From assembly GCF_001194135.2 (NCBI RefSeq), contig NC_068995.1, positions 9,586,101 to 9,619,239 of the forward strand: a DNA stretch of 33,139 bases. Reading direction: 5' to 3'. The position numbers and the translations under genes were made by a program. The stretch is from Octopus bimaculoides. Lineage: Eukaryota. This document shows, one piece after another, positions 25,387 through 33,139 of the stretch; positions within the stretch are counted from its first letter, which is position 1, and each line of letters begins with the position of its first letter. The notes below the pieces were generated by a model. The model had not been told where the DNA came from and did no database searches. It was given only the letters and a program-made list of their open reading frames with translations.

Positions 25387-25439
<53 letters not shown>

Positions 25440-25692
25440 GCTCTAGTATGTATATATATATATATATATATATATACACCTCTTATATAAATTCGTGGTA
25501 TATAAAATTAGGAAGAGAAGCAATGATAAATATTAAGCAAACATGAATATATGGTAACAGATAAATACGCTGTCGAGGTGGACGTAGCCGTAGGGAGAGG
25601 TGTGGAAGTAATGGGCTTTCAATAAGTTTTAATAATTTCGAAAAACTCACCAGAAGAGTACGAAACCCTGGGTGTCGGCACGAAGACAACAT
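5614..25692 (-). CDS. ETFA: Electron transfer flavoprotein subunit alpha, mitochondrial; whole gene span, 10 coding exons, 1017 nt / 338 aa
   Basis: Join of 25692-25651, 20561-20406, 17924-17843, 17014-16932, 16021-15922, 13462-13352, 11617-11513, 10807-10656, 6048-5902 and 5652-5614 gives one open frame with GT-AG introns and matching phases. It contains the hallmark ETF-alpha motifs [68 protein letters not shown] and [10 protein letters not shown]. Confidence 0.97.
5690..5768 (+). mobile_element. Truncated SINE family A head inside ETFA intron 9
   Basis: aggtgcaggagtggctgtgtggtaagtagcgtgcttaccagccacatggttccaggttcagtccc. Confidence 0.75.
5902..6048 (-). CDS. ETFA: ETFA exon 9 ([49 protein letters not shown])
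   Basis: ttttctag| acceptor, AAG|gtatgt donor, 147 nt. Confidence 0.98.
6132..6678 (-). mobile_element. SINE family A, interrupted by an unrelated ~190-nt insert (about 6355-6545)
   Basis: Tail (rc) at about 6132-6310, head (rc) at about 6545-6678. Confidence 0.7.
8840..9640 (-). mobile_element. Two SINE family B copies; the first is split by a ~310-nt insert (about 8935-9250)
   Basis: tttcaaattttg...cgattacatc...ccccagta, resuming at ggtacttatt...gaaaggatgaaagg...ggaatttgaac. Second copy at about 9410-9640. Confidence 0.75.
10656..10807 (-). CDS. ETFA: ETFA exon 8 ([51 protein letters not shown])
   Basis: attcag| acceptor, CCG|gtaagt donor, 152 nt, FAD-binding motifs. Confidence 0.98.
10870..11265 (-). 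mobile_element. SINE family A, full length
   Basis: tactctttacttgtttcagtcatttgactgcggccatgctggagc...ccaaggtgccacacagtgggactgaacccagaaccatgtgg. Confidence 0.9.
11513..11617 (-). CDS. ETFA: ETFA exon 7 ([35 protein letters not shown])
   Basis: ttttccag| acceptor, GAG|gtcagt donor, 105 nt, SKSDRPEL motif. Confidence 0.96.
11655..12118. repeat. (GA)n/(GAGT)n polypurine tracts in ETFA intron 6
   Basis: Directly visible, interrupted by a ctcacctgacaggtgag unit at about 11827-11843. Confidence 0.85.
12135..12560 (-). mobile_element. SINE family A, full length
   Basis: Same head, microsatellite and tail architecture in reverse orientation. Confidence 0.85.
12862..13195 (-). mobile_element. Retroposon 3' end with (GAT)n tail (LINE-tail-like) and an internal ~62-bp tandem repeat
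   Basis: catcatcatcgtttaacgtccgctttccatgctggcatgggttggacgg. Related fragments at about 17200-17400 and 18402-18435. Confidence 0.6.
13352..13462 (-). CDS. ETFA: ETFA exon 6 ([37 protein letters not shown])
   Basis: tttacag| acceptor, ATG|gtaagt donor, 111 nt, VRGTSF motif. Confidence 0.96.
13935..14205 (-). mobile_element. SINE family C-related copy (head about 14075-14205)
   Basis: gagcaacgtaaaatgaagtgttttactcaagaacacaac...ggaattgaaccc. Confidence 0.6.
14560..14790 (-). mobile_element. SINE family B
   Basis: attacatcgacccc...gaaaggatgaaaggcagggtcgg...ggaacttgaactc...ttctgccagctcgc. Confidence 0.8.
15050..15308. mobile_element. Degenerate piggyBac-like MITE
   Basis: Left end ttaa-ctatttatcatt, right end aatctaaaggg-ctaa. 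These are decayed TTAA target sites and ccctttag-type TIRs. Confidence 0.45.
15309..15720 (-). mobile_element. SINE family C, full length
   Basis: Reverse complement of 1936-2252 (gtggctgagcactccacagacacgtgtacccttaacgtag...), with head ...ctgggaatcgaaaccgcgatc...ttaccactgggccattgtgcc. Confidence 0.85.
15922..16021 (-). CDS. ETFA: ETFA exon 5 ([33 protein letters not shown])
   Basis: ctttcag| acceptor, CTG|gtaagt donor, 100 nt. Confidence 0.97.
16932..17014 (-). CDS. ETFA: ETFA exon 4 ([28 protein letters not shown])
   Basis: ctttctag| acceptor, AAA|gtaagt donor, 83 nt. Also visible inside track ORF 16785..17036. Confidence 0.96.
17536..17800. repeat. ~20-bp minisatellite, about 13 copies (consensus ccccacctcattactaagta)
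   Basis: Directly visible tandem units, starting about 40 nt into ETFA intron 3. Confidence 0.85.
17843..17924 (-). CDS. ETFA: ETFA exon 3 ([27 protein letters not shown])
   Basis: tttcttgaag| acceptor, CCAG|gtaagt donor, 82 nt, phase 0 to 1. Confidence 0.95.
17972..18365 (+). mobile_element. Two SINE family C heads (about 17972-18135 and 18200-18365)
   Basis: gtggttagtggttagggtg... and ggctcagtggttagagtgtcg...tgtgttcttgagcaagactctttatttcacgttgctccag. Confidence 0.75.
20406..20561 (-). CDS. ETFA: ETFA exon 2 ([52 protein letters not shown])
   Basis: ttttcag| acceptor, AAG|gtctgt donor, 156 nt. Matches vertebrate [15 protein letters not shown]...SCLVAGTKCDK. Confidence 0.95.
20642..20990 (+). 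mobile_element. Non-autonomous hAT-type remnant carrying the extreme C-terminus of a transposase
   Basis: 20779-20868 translates as [30 protein letters not shown], resembling the hAT dimerisation-domain tail (L..lSIE.d.l..idfd.ii.dFa.kK.R). The 5' end cagcactggattaacc resembles hAT termini. Confidence 0.6.
21085..21245 (+). mobile_element. SINE family B fragment with (ATT)n tail
   Basis: gggttcaaattccactaaggtcaactgctcctttcatcc...gatgtaatcaact. Confidence 0.7.
21600..22225. repeat. Degenerate GGT/GAT/AGT triplet-derived repeat
   Basis: Recurring ggtggtatgattgtagtgttattgatgatagtgttggtggtagt units. Confidence 0.8.
22255..22410 (+). mobile_element. Degenerate SINE family A head
   Basis: ggacaccttaggcaagtatctcctaccataactcc...gaccaaagc. 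Confidence 0.5.
22445..22625 (+). mobile_element. SINE family C head
   Basis: ggtttagtggtaaggatgttcggctcgtgatcacaagattgtggtttcaattcc...gttcttgagcaaaacgcttcatttcacgttgctccag. Confidence 0.7.
22785..23200 (-). mobile_element. Two tandem SINE family B copies
   Basis: Core cgaaaggatgaaaggcaaagtcgacctcggtggaatttgaactcaga, present twice. Confidence 0.8.
25651..25692 (-). CDS. ETFA: ETFA coding exon 1 ([14 protein letters not shown]), start of the mitochondrial targeting peptide
   Basis: ATG at 25692, 42 nt, ends CTG|gtgagt in phase 0, which is the phase exon 2 requires. Arg/Ser/Leu-rich with no acidic residues. Confidence 0.85.
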
Positions 25693-25719
25693 TTCGATGG
25701 GAAGATGTTTAATTGAAAC

Positions 25720-25890
25720 TATGGAAATAGAGAGAGGGGGATAAGAGTAAGGGAGATAGAGAGAGAGAGAGAAGGGTAAAGAAGGACGCGAGATATATAT
25801 AGAGAGAGAGAGGGGGAGAGTAACAGGAAAGGGGAGTGAAGAAGGGCGAAAGACAAATGAGATAGAGAGAGGGGTGAAGAGGGACGCGAG

Positions 25891-25930
<40 letters not shown>

Positions 25931-26020
25931 CAACAGAAAAGGGGAGAAAGACAGATGAGATAGAAAGAGAGAGAGAGAGAGAGCTAAAATAGTGTGAGAG
26001 AGAGAGAGAGATACACAAGC
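25720..26020. repeat. GA-rich polypurine tract immediately upstream of the ETFA start codon, in the putative promoter region
   Basis: Purine-rich GA/AT repeats begin about 30 nt from the ATG. Confidence 0.7.
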
Positions 26021-26514
26021 TGACTGTGAGAGATATGGTGAGTGTGTGAGCGAGGAATATTATACTGAGCTAGCAGTGTTACTTTACATAGCCGCATATA
26101 CGATTTTTAAGTTCAGATTTTGCTGTTGTTCTATCAATTATGACATTGTTTCGGTTTTTTTGTCACAAAATAGAAATATTGATATTTTTCGGTAATTTCT
26201 TGATGGACGTATCGAATAGACGCTCTACCCGTACGTTTTTGTTTTTTTTTAATTCGTTTTGATTCCTACGTCGTCAACAACTAAGATTACAATTTTTGCA
26301 AAAAAAAAAAAAGCAGCTGTTCAAATTTTCCTTCCACCCCCACCAAATTTTTTGACTTTATTACTTTGGGGGGGGGATTTTCCTTTTCTTTTTTTAAGTT
26401 CACCTTAAAAATAAAAAAAATTACAATTCTGAGTTTTTCTATTTTTTTTTTTTGCCTCAAATTTCAGATTTTCAATGCCGGTTATTTTGTATTAATTCTT
26501 TCTAAACGCTTAAA

Positions 26515-26900
26515 TTGCAGAGGTGGGGGGAGGGGTGAAGTCGATTACATCGACCTCCTAGCACGTGACTGGTACTTATTTTATCGACCTCCGAAAGGAA
26601 GAAAGGCAAAGTTACCTTCAGCGGAATTTGAACTCAGCATGTAAAGACGGACAAAATGCCGTTTAGCATTTCGTCCGGCCGGCCAGTTCGCTGCTTTGAA
26701 TACCTACTCGTGCAATAATGATTTCAAATTTTGGCACAAGGCCTGCAATTTCGGGGCGGTGGGAGTAAGTCGATTTCATGGATCTCCAATGAACAACTAG
26801 CATTTATTTTATCGACCCCGAAAGATAGAAAAGCAAAGTCGACCTAGGTGGAATTTAAACACAAAATATAAAAACGGACGAAATACCGCTAAGCATGTTA
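26515..26900 (-). mobile_element. Two tandem SINE family B copies
   Basis: gtcgattacatcgacc...ggaatttgaactcag and a second core at about 26810-26895. Confidence 0.75.
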
Positions 26901-27243
26901 GATCAGGTGTCGGCGAACCGGTGTAAAGATTTCATATACCTGGATTAAATTACCCTAAGTGCAGTAAAAATGAAATTCTTGGGGGTAATGAGGACCCATT
27001 AGACAAAGTAAAATTACATTAAAATAAAACGTGTTCCTTGTTGCAACAGAAAATTTTCTTTTGGCAACACTGCATCTGTGCAATGTAATGGACAGATTCA
27101 AAAAATGGATTCAATGAACCTTTTGAATTCAAAGACTATGATTTTCTTCCTTTCAAATCAAACGGGGTAACGTCAGCGTAAATAAATATATTTTGGGGTT
27201 ATTGGTTAAAAATGTTCCCCCGACCCCTGTGTTAGACACACAG

Positions 27244-27244
<1 letters not shown>

Positions 27245-27307
<63 letters not shown>

Positions 27308-27452
27308 GGATGGATGGATGGATGGATGGATGGATGGATGGATGGATGGATGGATGGATGGATGGATGGATGGATGGATGGATGGATGGATGGATGGATG
27401 GATGGATGGATGGATGGATGGATGGATGGATGGATGGATGGATGGATGGATA
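27245..27452. repeat. Compound tetranucleotide microsatellite (GATA)n-(GATG)n
   Basis: Perfect repeats directly visible. Confidence 0.95.
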
Positions 27453-28334
27453 AAGGTATGTATATATGATGGTGAAAGTTAGTAGTAGCGATAGTGGTGG
27501 TGATGGTGGCTGTTGTACTAATTTCCTGTACGTTCTGATGTGAATATTAAAGGAGAGACAGTGACAGCCTCTGGTAAACAAAACAAGGTCAAAGACCGAG
27601 GTCTGAAACAAATACATAAAGAAGCTTCTTTTTTTTTTCTTTGCTTTTTGGATTGTATGTGGTGGGGGTGTGCGTTTGAACTTATGCTGCTCGTGACTTA
27701 TTAGGACAAGGAACATTTAAAAAAATCCACGTGAAACAAAAATTTTATAGGCAAGTGATCATTGGCTGATATTATTTCGTCTATCTTTACAAATACGGAA
27801 TACAACCCGCTATATATTTCTGCCTTATCAGACCTCACCAGAGTAATTTCTCTCGGTGATTTTTTACCCCTTAAATATATCGATATTTGACGTCTACTCC
27901 AGAATAATGTGGTACATTTATCTTCTTACAGATTCCGTGGTGATTATTTTGTTTAATTAATTGTATCACTTCCATTCAACCCTCTTCTGTCCATGTAATT
28001 TTATATATCACCTTTCCAAGTGACTACTTGCTTCTCACGTTTCTTCTGTATCCAGACTCTGCGGTTCTGTGTTCAAATTCCATCGTGGTCAAATTTGCCT
28101 TTTATCCTTTTAGGGGTCGAGAAAATAAAATATGTGTCTAAGGCGTTGTACTGACGAGATTGTCCGAAAAGCTCAATTCTGATCTATATATGGTGTAGCT
28201 TGTTCTCAAAAAATAGATGCTATACAGCTCAGCGCATTGATTTGCCTCGAGAATTCTAAATGTGCTAAAAAGGCCCTGTTCCCATCTAAGATGTCTGACA
28301 AGGCTGAACCTTTCGACTTGTTATAATCTATCAG

Positions 28335-28500
28335 AGGGGCTTCCGTACAGTTTCCGTCTACACAATTTCACTAACAAGACATGGATTAGCCCGAGACAAT
28401 ACAGATAATAAAAGACACTTGCCTTAGAGACAGCACAGTAGGAACGAAACCAGGACTTCGGTATTACAAAACAAACTTCTTAATCATTCGGTTATTTGCC
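28335..28500 (-). mobile_element. Degenerate SINE family A head
   Basis: cagtttccgtctac...aagacacttgcc...gtaggaacgaaacc. Confidence 0.5.
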
Positions 28501-28844
28501 GTACAGTGACATGGTACGAACCCCTAGCCATCTTCTTGATCACTTTTGTTCAATTCGGCGTTAACTCATTCAATCCATTTAGCAATATCTCTATGTCCAC
28601 TTCTAAAAGCTTTCAAGCAGACGACCGCCGCCATGTCAGTTGACAAGCAATGGTGACGTCATTAAGCCTAGAGATGCTAATAATGTTCGTCTTAATTTAA
28701 TTGCTTCTCCATTATAGTTCACAGCATAAACTGACATGTTGCGTTATTCGTTTTATGTAGTAGTTCCATAATTCAATTGTTACTCACCTTGTCGAATCTC
28801 GTTAGCCATCGCGAACATCTCACGAAACCTGCTTGAAGACGACG

Positions 28845-28900
28845 ACCGAGGACGGGGACGTCGGCGACGATGACAACGACGACGATGACGATGATGGTGG

Positions 28901-28944
<44 letters not shown>

Positions 28945-29014
28945 GGATGATGATGATGATGGGGATGATGATGACAACGACGACGATGATGATGATGATG
29001 GGGATGATGACGAA

Positions 29015-29048
<34 letters not shown>

Positions 29049-29228
29049 GGGATGATGATGACGATGATGACGATGATGATGATGATGGTCACCGCCGCTA
29101 CCATCGCCACCACCACCACCACAATAACAATAACAACCAAGCGAGTGACAGCGGTAACAGCGACGATGACGATCATTATGAGAAGAAGAAGAAGAAGAAG
29201 AAGAAGAAGAAGAAGAAGAAGAAGAAAG
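28845..29228. repeat. Compound triplet array: (GAC/GAT)n with GGG frame slips, then (CAC)n/(AAC)n, then (GAA)n
   Basis: Directly visible. It is the source of the poly-H/I/S/D/M/R ORFs in the track. Confidence 0.9.
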
Positions 29229-29469
29229 ATAGGGAGAAAGAAGGCGGTAGGAGGAGAAAGAGAATTCCAACATTCAATGCAAAGCCAGGAATCTGCATCT
29301 AATTATAATTCCATTCACATCCAAGACGTTTTTATAGAACCATGAAATCGACTACTGCCAATATTTGATTGATGTTTTATTATAACGAAACCCTGATAAA
29401 TAGAAAATGCGAAGTTCGACATCGGTGAGATTCGAACACGAGAGAACATCGATAACCTTAAGCCATAAA

Positions 29470-29501
<32 letters not shown>

Positions 29502-29973
29502 ACCATTATCGGTGGAGAGCTTATTTAAAAGTTCTTATACATTTATAAACATAATTAAGGGATCAAAGAACTTTTAAATAAGTTCTCCACCGATAATGGT
29601 GTTTACATACCGAAGGGCTTGGTAAAAATTATTAATTGTTGATTTATTGGTGAAGTAATGAATTGATAAACCTTTACCCTTTTAATTGTATATATATATA
29701 TATATATACATAAACTCAGGAGGTATATGAAATGTATATATATATATATATATATATATTTGTGTGTGTGTGTATCTGTGTATATCTGTGTGTGTATAAT
29801 CACGTGATTTCTATAAGGTCACAGCCGTTTCGCAACCTTCTTCGTGTAGTGCTAATTTCAGTTTACAAGGAAATATGCATTCATGTTTTTCATTAATATG
29901 TACGCTCACCGTTATACAATTATATTGCATTAATTAATGCAAATAACGAAAGAAACCCAGTTCATCAGATTAA

Positions 29974-30012
<39 letters not shown>

Positions 30013-30284
30013 AAACACACACACACACAAACACACTCGCACGCACACACTCACACACACACACATACAAATACACACACACACGCATAATAGTTTGAGA
30101 AATAGCTCCAACGAAATATCTTGAGAGCTATTTTGGTTCTTTGTTCATTCACGCGTATATATAGACATATGTGTGCGCGTGTATGTGTGTGTGCGCGTGT
30201 GCGCGCATGCATGTGAGTATGTATGTATATATATATGTGTGTGTGTATTTATATGTATGTATATATATATATATATGTACAGAA

Positions 30285-30336
<52 letters not shown>

Positions 30337-30967
30337 CAACTCTGATTGTAATTAGATTAAGAAGAAATTAACACAACTAATAATTACCTTACATTTTTTT
30401 TAATCAATAATATTCTGCTTCAGTATCATTCTCCTTCAATGAATCTCTCAAATAATTTATAACTAATTACCTATTGATCCAATTTTCATTAAAACTTCAA
30501 ATGGTAATTTACAATTAGACCGGCACCATGGTTTTTTCTTGAATTATACTTTTGTCCATTTTAATTTTTGTATTTGGAATTTCTCTTACAATTTCTTTTT
30601 TATGCCTAAACGACTACGATCGTCTGATTTATTAAACTTCACACTGCTAAATAAGCTTTCTACATCAGCATTTGCTTGTTGTTATATGAGAATTTCAGAG
30701 ATATATTTGTCTAGCGAGCGAGTTGATCTGAGACCGCGTGTTGAAGCTAAAACAATTACAGCATGAAAGGCACACATTAAAACCATTCAGAAACACACAA
30801 AAACCGTTAACTTCACGATAGATATTCCACGGCCTGGTTACTTGCCACTGAGACGAAGTTGATCGATGTCAGTGACCAGGCTGCAGATAGCGCGACGAAA
30901 ATTTTGACACTAGAAAGTAAATGCTTATGAGAAGTAAACAATTTTGGTTTTTGAATGGTTAATATTC

Positions 30968-31345
30968 TTTTACTCTTTTACTTGTTTAGGTCATTTGACT
31001 GTGGCCATGCTGGAGCACCACCTTTAGTCGAGCAAATCGACCCCAGAACTTATTCTTTGTAAACCTAGTACTTATTCAATCGGTCTCTTTTGCCGAACCG
31101 CTAAGTTACGGGGACGTAAACACACCAGCATCGGTTGTCAAGCGATGTTGGGGGGGGGGACAAACACAGACACACATACACATATATATATACATATACG
31201 ACGGGCTTCTTTCAGTTTCCATCTACCAAATCCACTCACAAGGCTTTGGTCGGCCCGAGGCTATAGTAAAAGACACTTGCCCAAGGTGCCATGCAGTTGG
31301 ACTGAACTCGGAACCATGTGGCTGGTAAGCTACTTATCACATAGC
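30968..31345 (-). mobile_element. SINE family A, full length
   Basis: Highly similar to 10870-11265. Confidence 0.9.
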
Positions 31346-31422
31346 CCCTCCTACGCCTATGTGCATGAAAGAGACATTTAGTCATTCAGGAACACTCAAA
31401 GACCGTTTAACTTTACGCTAGA

Positions 31423-32285
31423 TACTAGCTGTTGTACCCGGCGTTGCTCGGCTTTTCTGTATTAGGGATAAGCCTATGCCGTTGTAACTGTTGCTTGTTG
31501 AAATTTCTGTCTGAATCTTACGGATGACGTCATGTTCGAGGTACTTTAGCAAAGGTACTCGATAATTCCCGGATTGATTGAAGTGTAGTTCAATTGCATG
31601 AAAGTGTCTATTAATTTTGGAATATTCCCCTGCTCATACACAATTATCGACTCCACATGCCGCGTTCAATTTATGGACATGCACTGTAATCACGTGTAAC
31701 ATATCTTAAAAATCGATAGAATAGTCTCTAAGCTAATACATGTTTGTGTCCTTCCAATTCCTCTGGAATTAAATTAAAACACTTACCGTCTCCCCTACCA
31801 CAAAATTTCCCTAAATCTCAAATCTCAAATTTCATTAAAATCGGATGAAAAATATAAAAGTTACGACCAAAAATAAAGTTCCTATGGGTATTTGCACGCA
31901 AAAAGGATATTGATTTTATAAAACCACTGCCCAGGCGCAACTATCGATTTTTTCTCAACGCCATATACTGACATCAACTCACTGCCATGAGCCTCGCTCA
32001 CTCATCAATGTTTATCAAAATCTGACAAAAAATGCAAAAGCTGCAGGAAAAATAACATCGTTATGGGAATTCCCATTCAAACGCCCGATTGAACTCACAA
32101 AAATCGATACCAACTGAGCATTATCGAGTTTCCGAAAAAATTCCGACCTTATTTGAACTTCAGCGCATGTGATCTACCTACGTGTTAAAAATCATTAAAA
32201 TCGGTTGGGCGGTGTGGGGAGTGTTAGAGTAACCCCAGATACACACACACAGACAGATACCATCACACATTTATGTATATAGATT
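31423..32285 (+). mobile_element. Non-autonomous Helitron/Helentron-type (HINE/DINE-1/Lep1-like) element
   Basis: 5' tactagctgttgtacccggcgttgctcgg. 3' aaaatcattaaaatcggttgggcggtgtgggga...cagacagat...atttatgtatatagat. Internal repeats of the tttcattaaaatcgg motif. Confidence 0.7.
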
Positions 32286-32629
32286 TATTAACATAATTAA
32301 GGGATCAGCAACAGTTGCTTCACCACATACCGAAGTTCAGAAATAGCAGCTAAAGTGCTGAAACTCCAACAGATAGCAGTACATACCGAAGGACTTGGTA
32401 AATATTATTAATTATTAATTTATTAATAAATTAATAAATTGATAATCCTTTACCCTTTTATTTATAGATTTATTAATTCGTGTCAGAATTTTCGTCGACC
32501 CAGCTGTCAGTGACCAGGTTACTGAGAGTGAGACGAAAATTTTGGCACTAAAAAGTAAATGTATATAGGAAGTTGATAATTATTGTGTGTATTTAAATGG
32601 CTAATGTGTGCCTTTCGCGTTTCGATATG

Positions 32630-32900
32630 AGCACCGGTTACCAAGCGATTGGTGGTAGTGGTTGGGGGAACAAACACTGACACAAAACACCCCCCCCCAC
32701 ACACACACACACGTAGATGTATACATATGCATAAATATACGACAAGCTTCTTTCAGTTTCCATCTACCGAATGCACTCACAAGACTTTGGTCAGCCCGAG
32801 GCTATAGTAGAAGACACTTACCCAAAGTGCCACGCAGTGGGATTGAACTCGGAACCATGTGAACCTGAAACCAGCTTCTTACCACACAACCACGCCTGCG
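32630..32900 (-). mobile_element. SINE family A, 3'-truncated
   Basis: gcttctttcagtttccatctacc...cccaaagtgccacgcagtgggattgaactcggaaccatgt. Confidence 0.8.
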
Positions 32901-33139
32901 CCTGCACGATAGTTATTCAGTTTTACTTCAAGTGTTCTTGCGAATACAGAAAGAGCCGGTTTCTACGCTAGTTCCAAGAGTCCTTCATTGGAATTTCAAC
33001 ATCAGCAACAGAGTATTATTTGTGCATGATGGTGTGTTTTTGTGCAATATTTGGAGCCAATGCATGTGCAGATGTGTGTTTTGTCTAACGTCTCCGATGC
33101 GCCTTTGTACATAAATGTTTGTGTGTGTGTGTGTGTGCA

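Larger units (their letters stand above)
30761..32619. mobile_element. Two copies of a TIR/MITE-like family (30761-~30968 and 31363-32619); the second hosts the Helitron-like element
   Basis: Left end gcatgaaaggcacacattaaaaccattcagaaacacacaa is the approximate reverse complement of ttgtgtgtatttaaatggctaatgtgtgcctttcgcg (32583-32619). Both copies share tgtcagtgaccagg...gacgaaaattttg.cact. Confidence 0.55.

Noticed and set aside
26905-27075. hAT-like termini (caggtgtcggcgaacc ... tggcaacactg)
   Set aside because: The two ends are not mutually complementary, so no single element can be defined.
28788-28818. MFAMANEIRQ|G as ETFA coding exon 1
   Set aside because: It ends in phase 1, but exon 2 needs phase 0 (that frame hits TGA). 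25692-25651 fits both phase and presequence character.
28773-29345. Poly-His/Ile/Asp/Met/Arg ORFs, e.g. as a cephalopod histidine-rich structural protein
   Set aside because: All frames are open because the DNA is a (GAT/CAT)n-type microsatellite with frame-slipping GGG insertions. There is no signal peptide or Gly/Ala/His module structure.

Overview
Eukaryotic, AT-rich, microsatellite- and SINE-dense draft scaffold with 7 N-gaps. The repeat families and simple-repeat density suggest an octopus/coleoid cephalopod genome (inference, not proven). The one confidently supported gene is ETFA (electron transfer flavoprotein alpha subunit) on the minus strand. I reconstructed it by hand as 10 coding exons from 25692 to 5614, all with GT-AG introns and consistent phases: 1017 nt, 338 aa, with an N-terminal mitochondrial presequence and intact FAD-binding motifs. 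Most of the rest is three tRNA-derived SINE families, a retroposon tail family, MITE/hAT/Helitron-type remnants, micro- and minisatellites. Almost all long ORFs in the supplied track are microsatellite or N-gap artefacts. Best leads: (1) a ~210-codon non-repetitive orphan frame downstream of ETFA whose ATG is followed by one in-frame UAG, (2) palindromic CAG|GT 'zero-length exon' motifs repeated in ETFA intron 6, (3) two near-perfect hairpins, and (4) a Helitron/HINE-like element nested in a TIR element. None of these is demonstrated to be functional.
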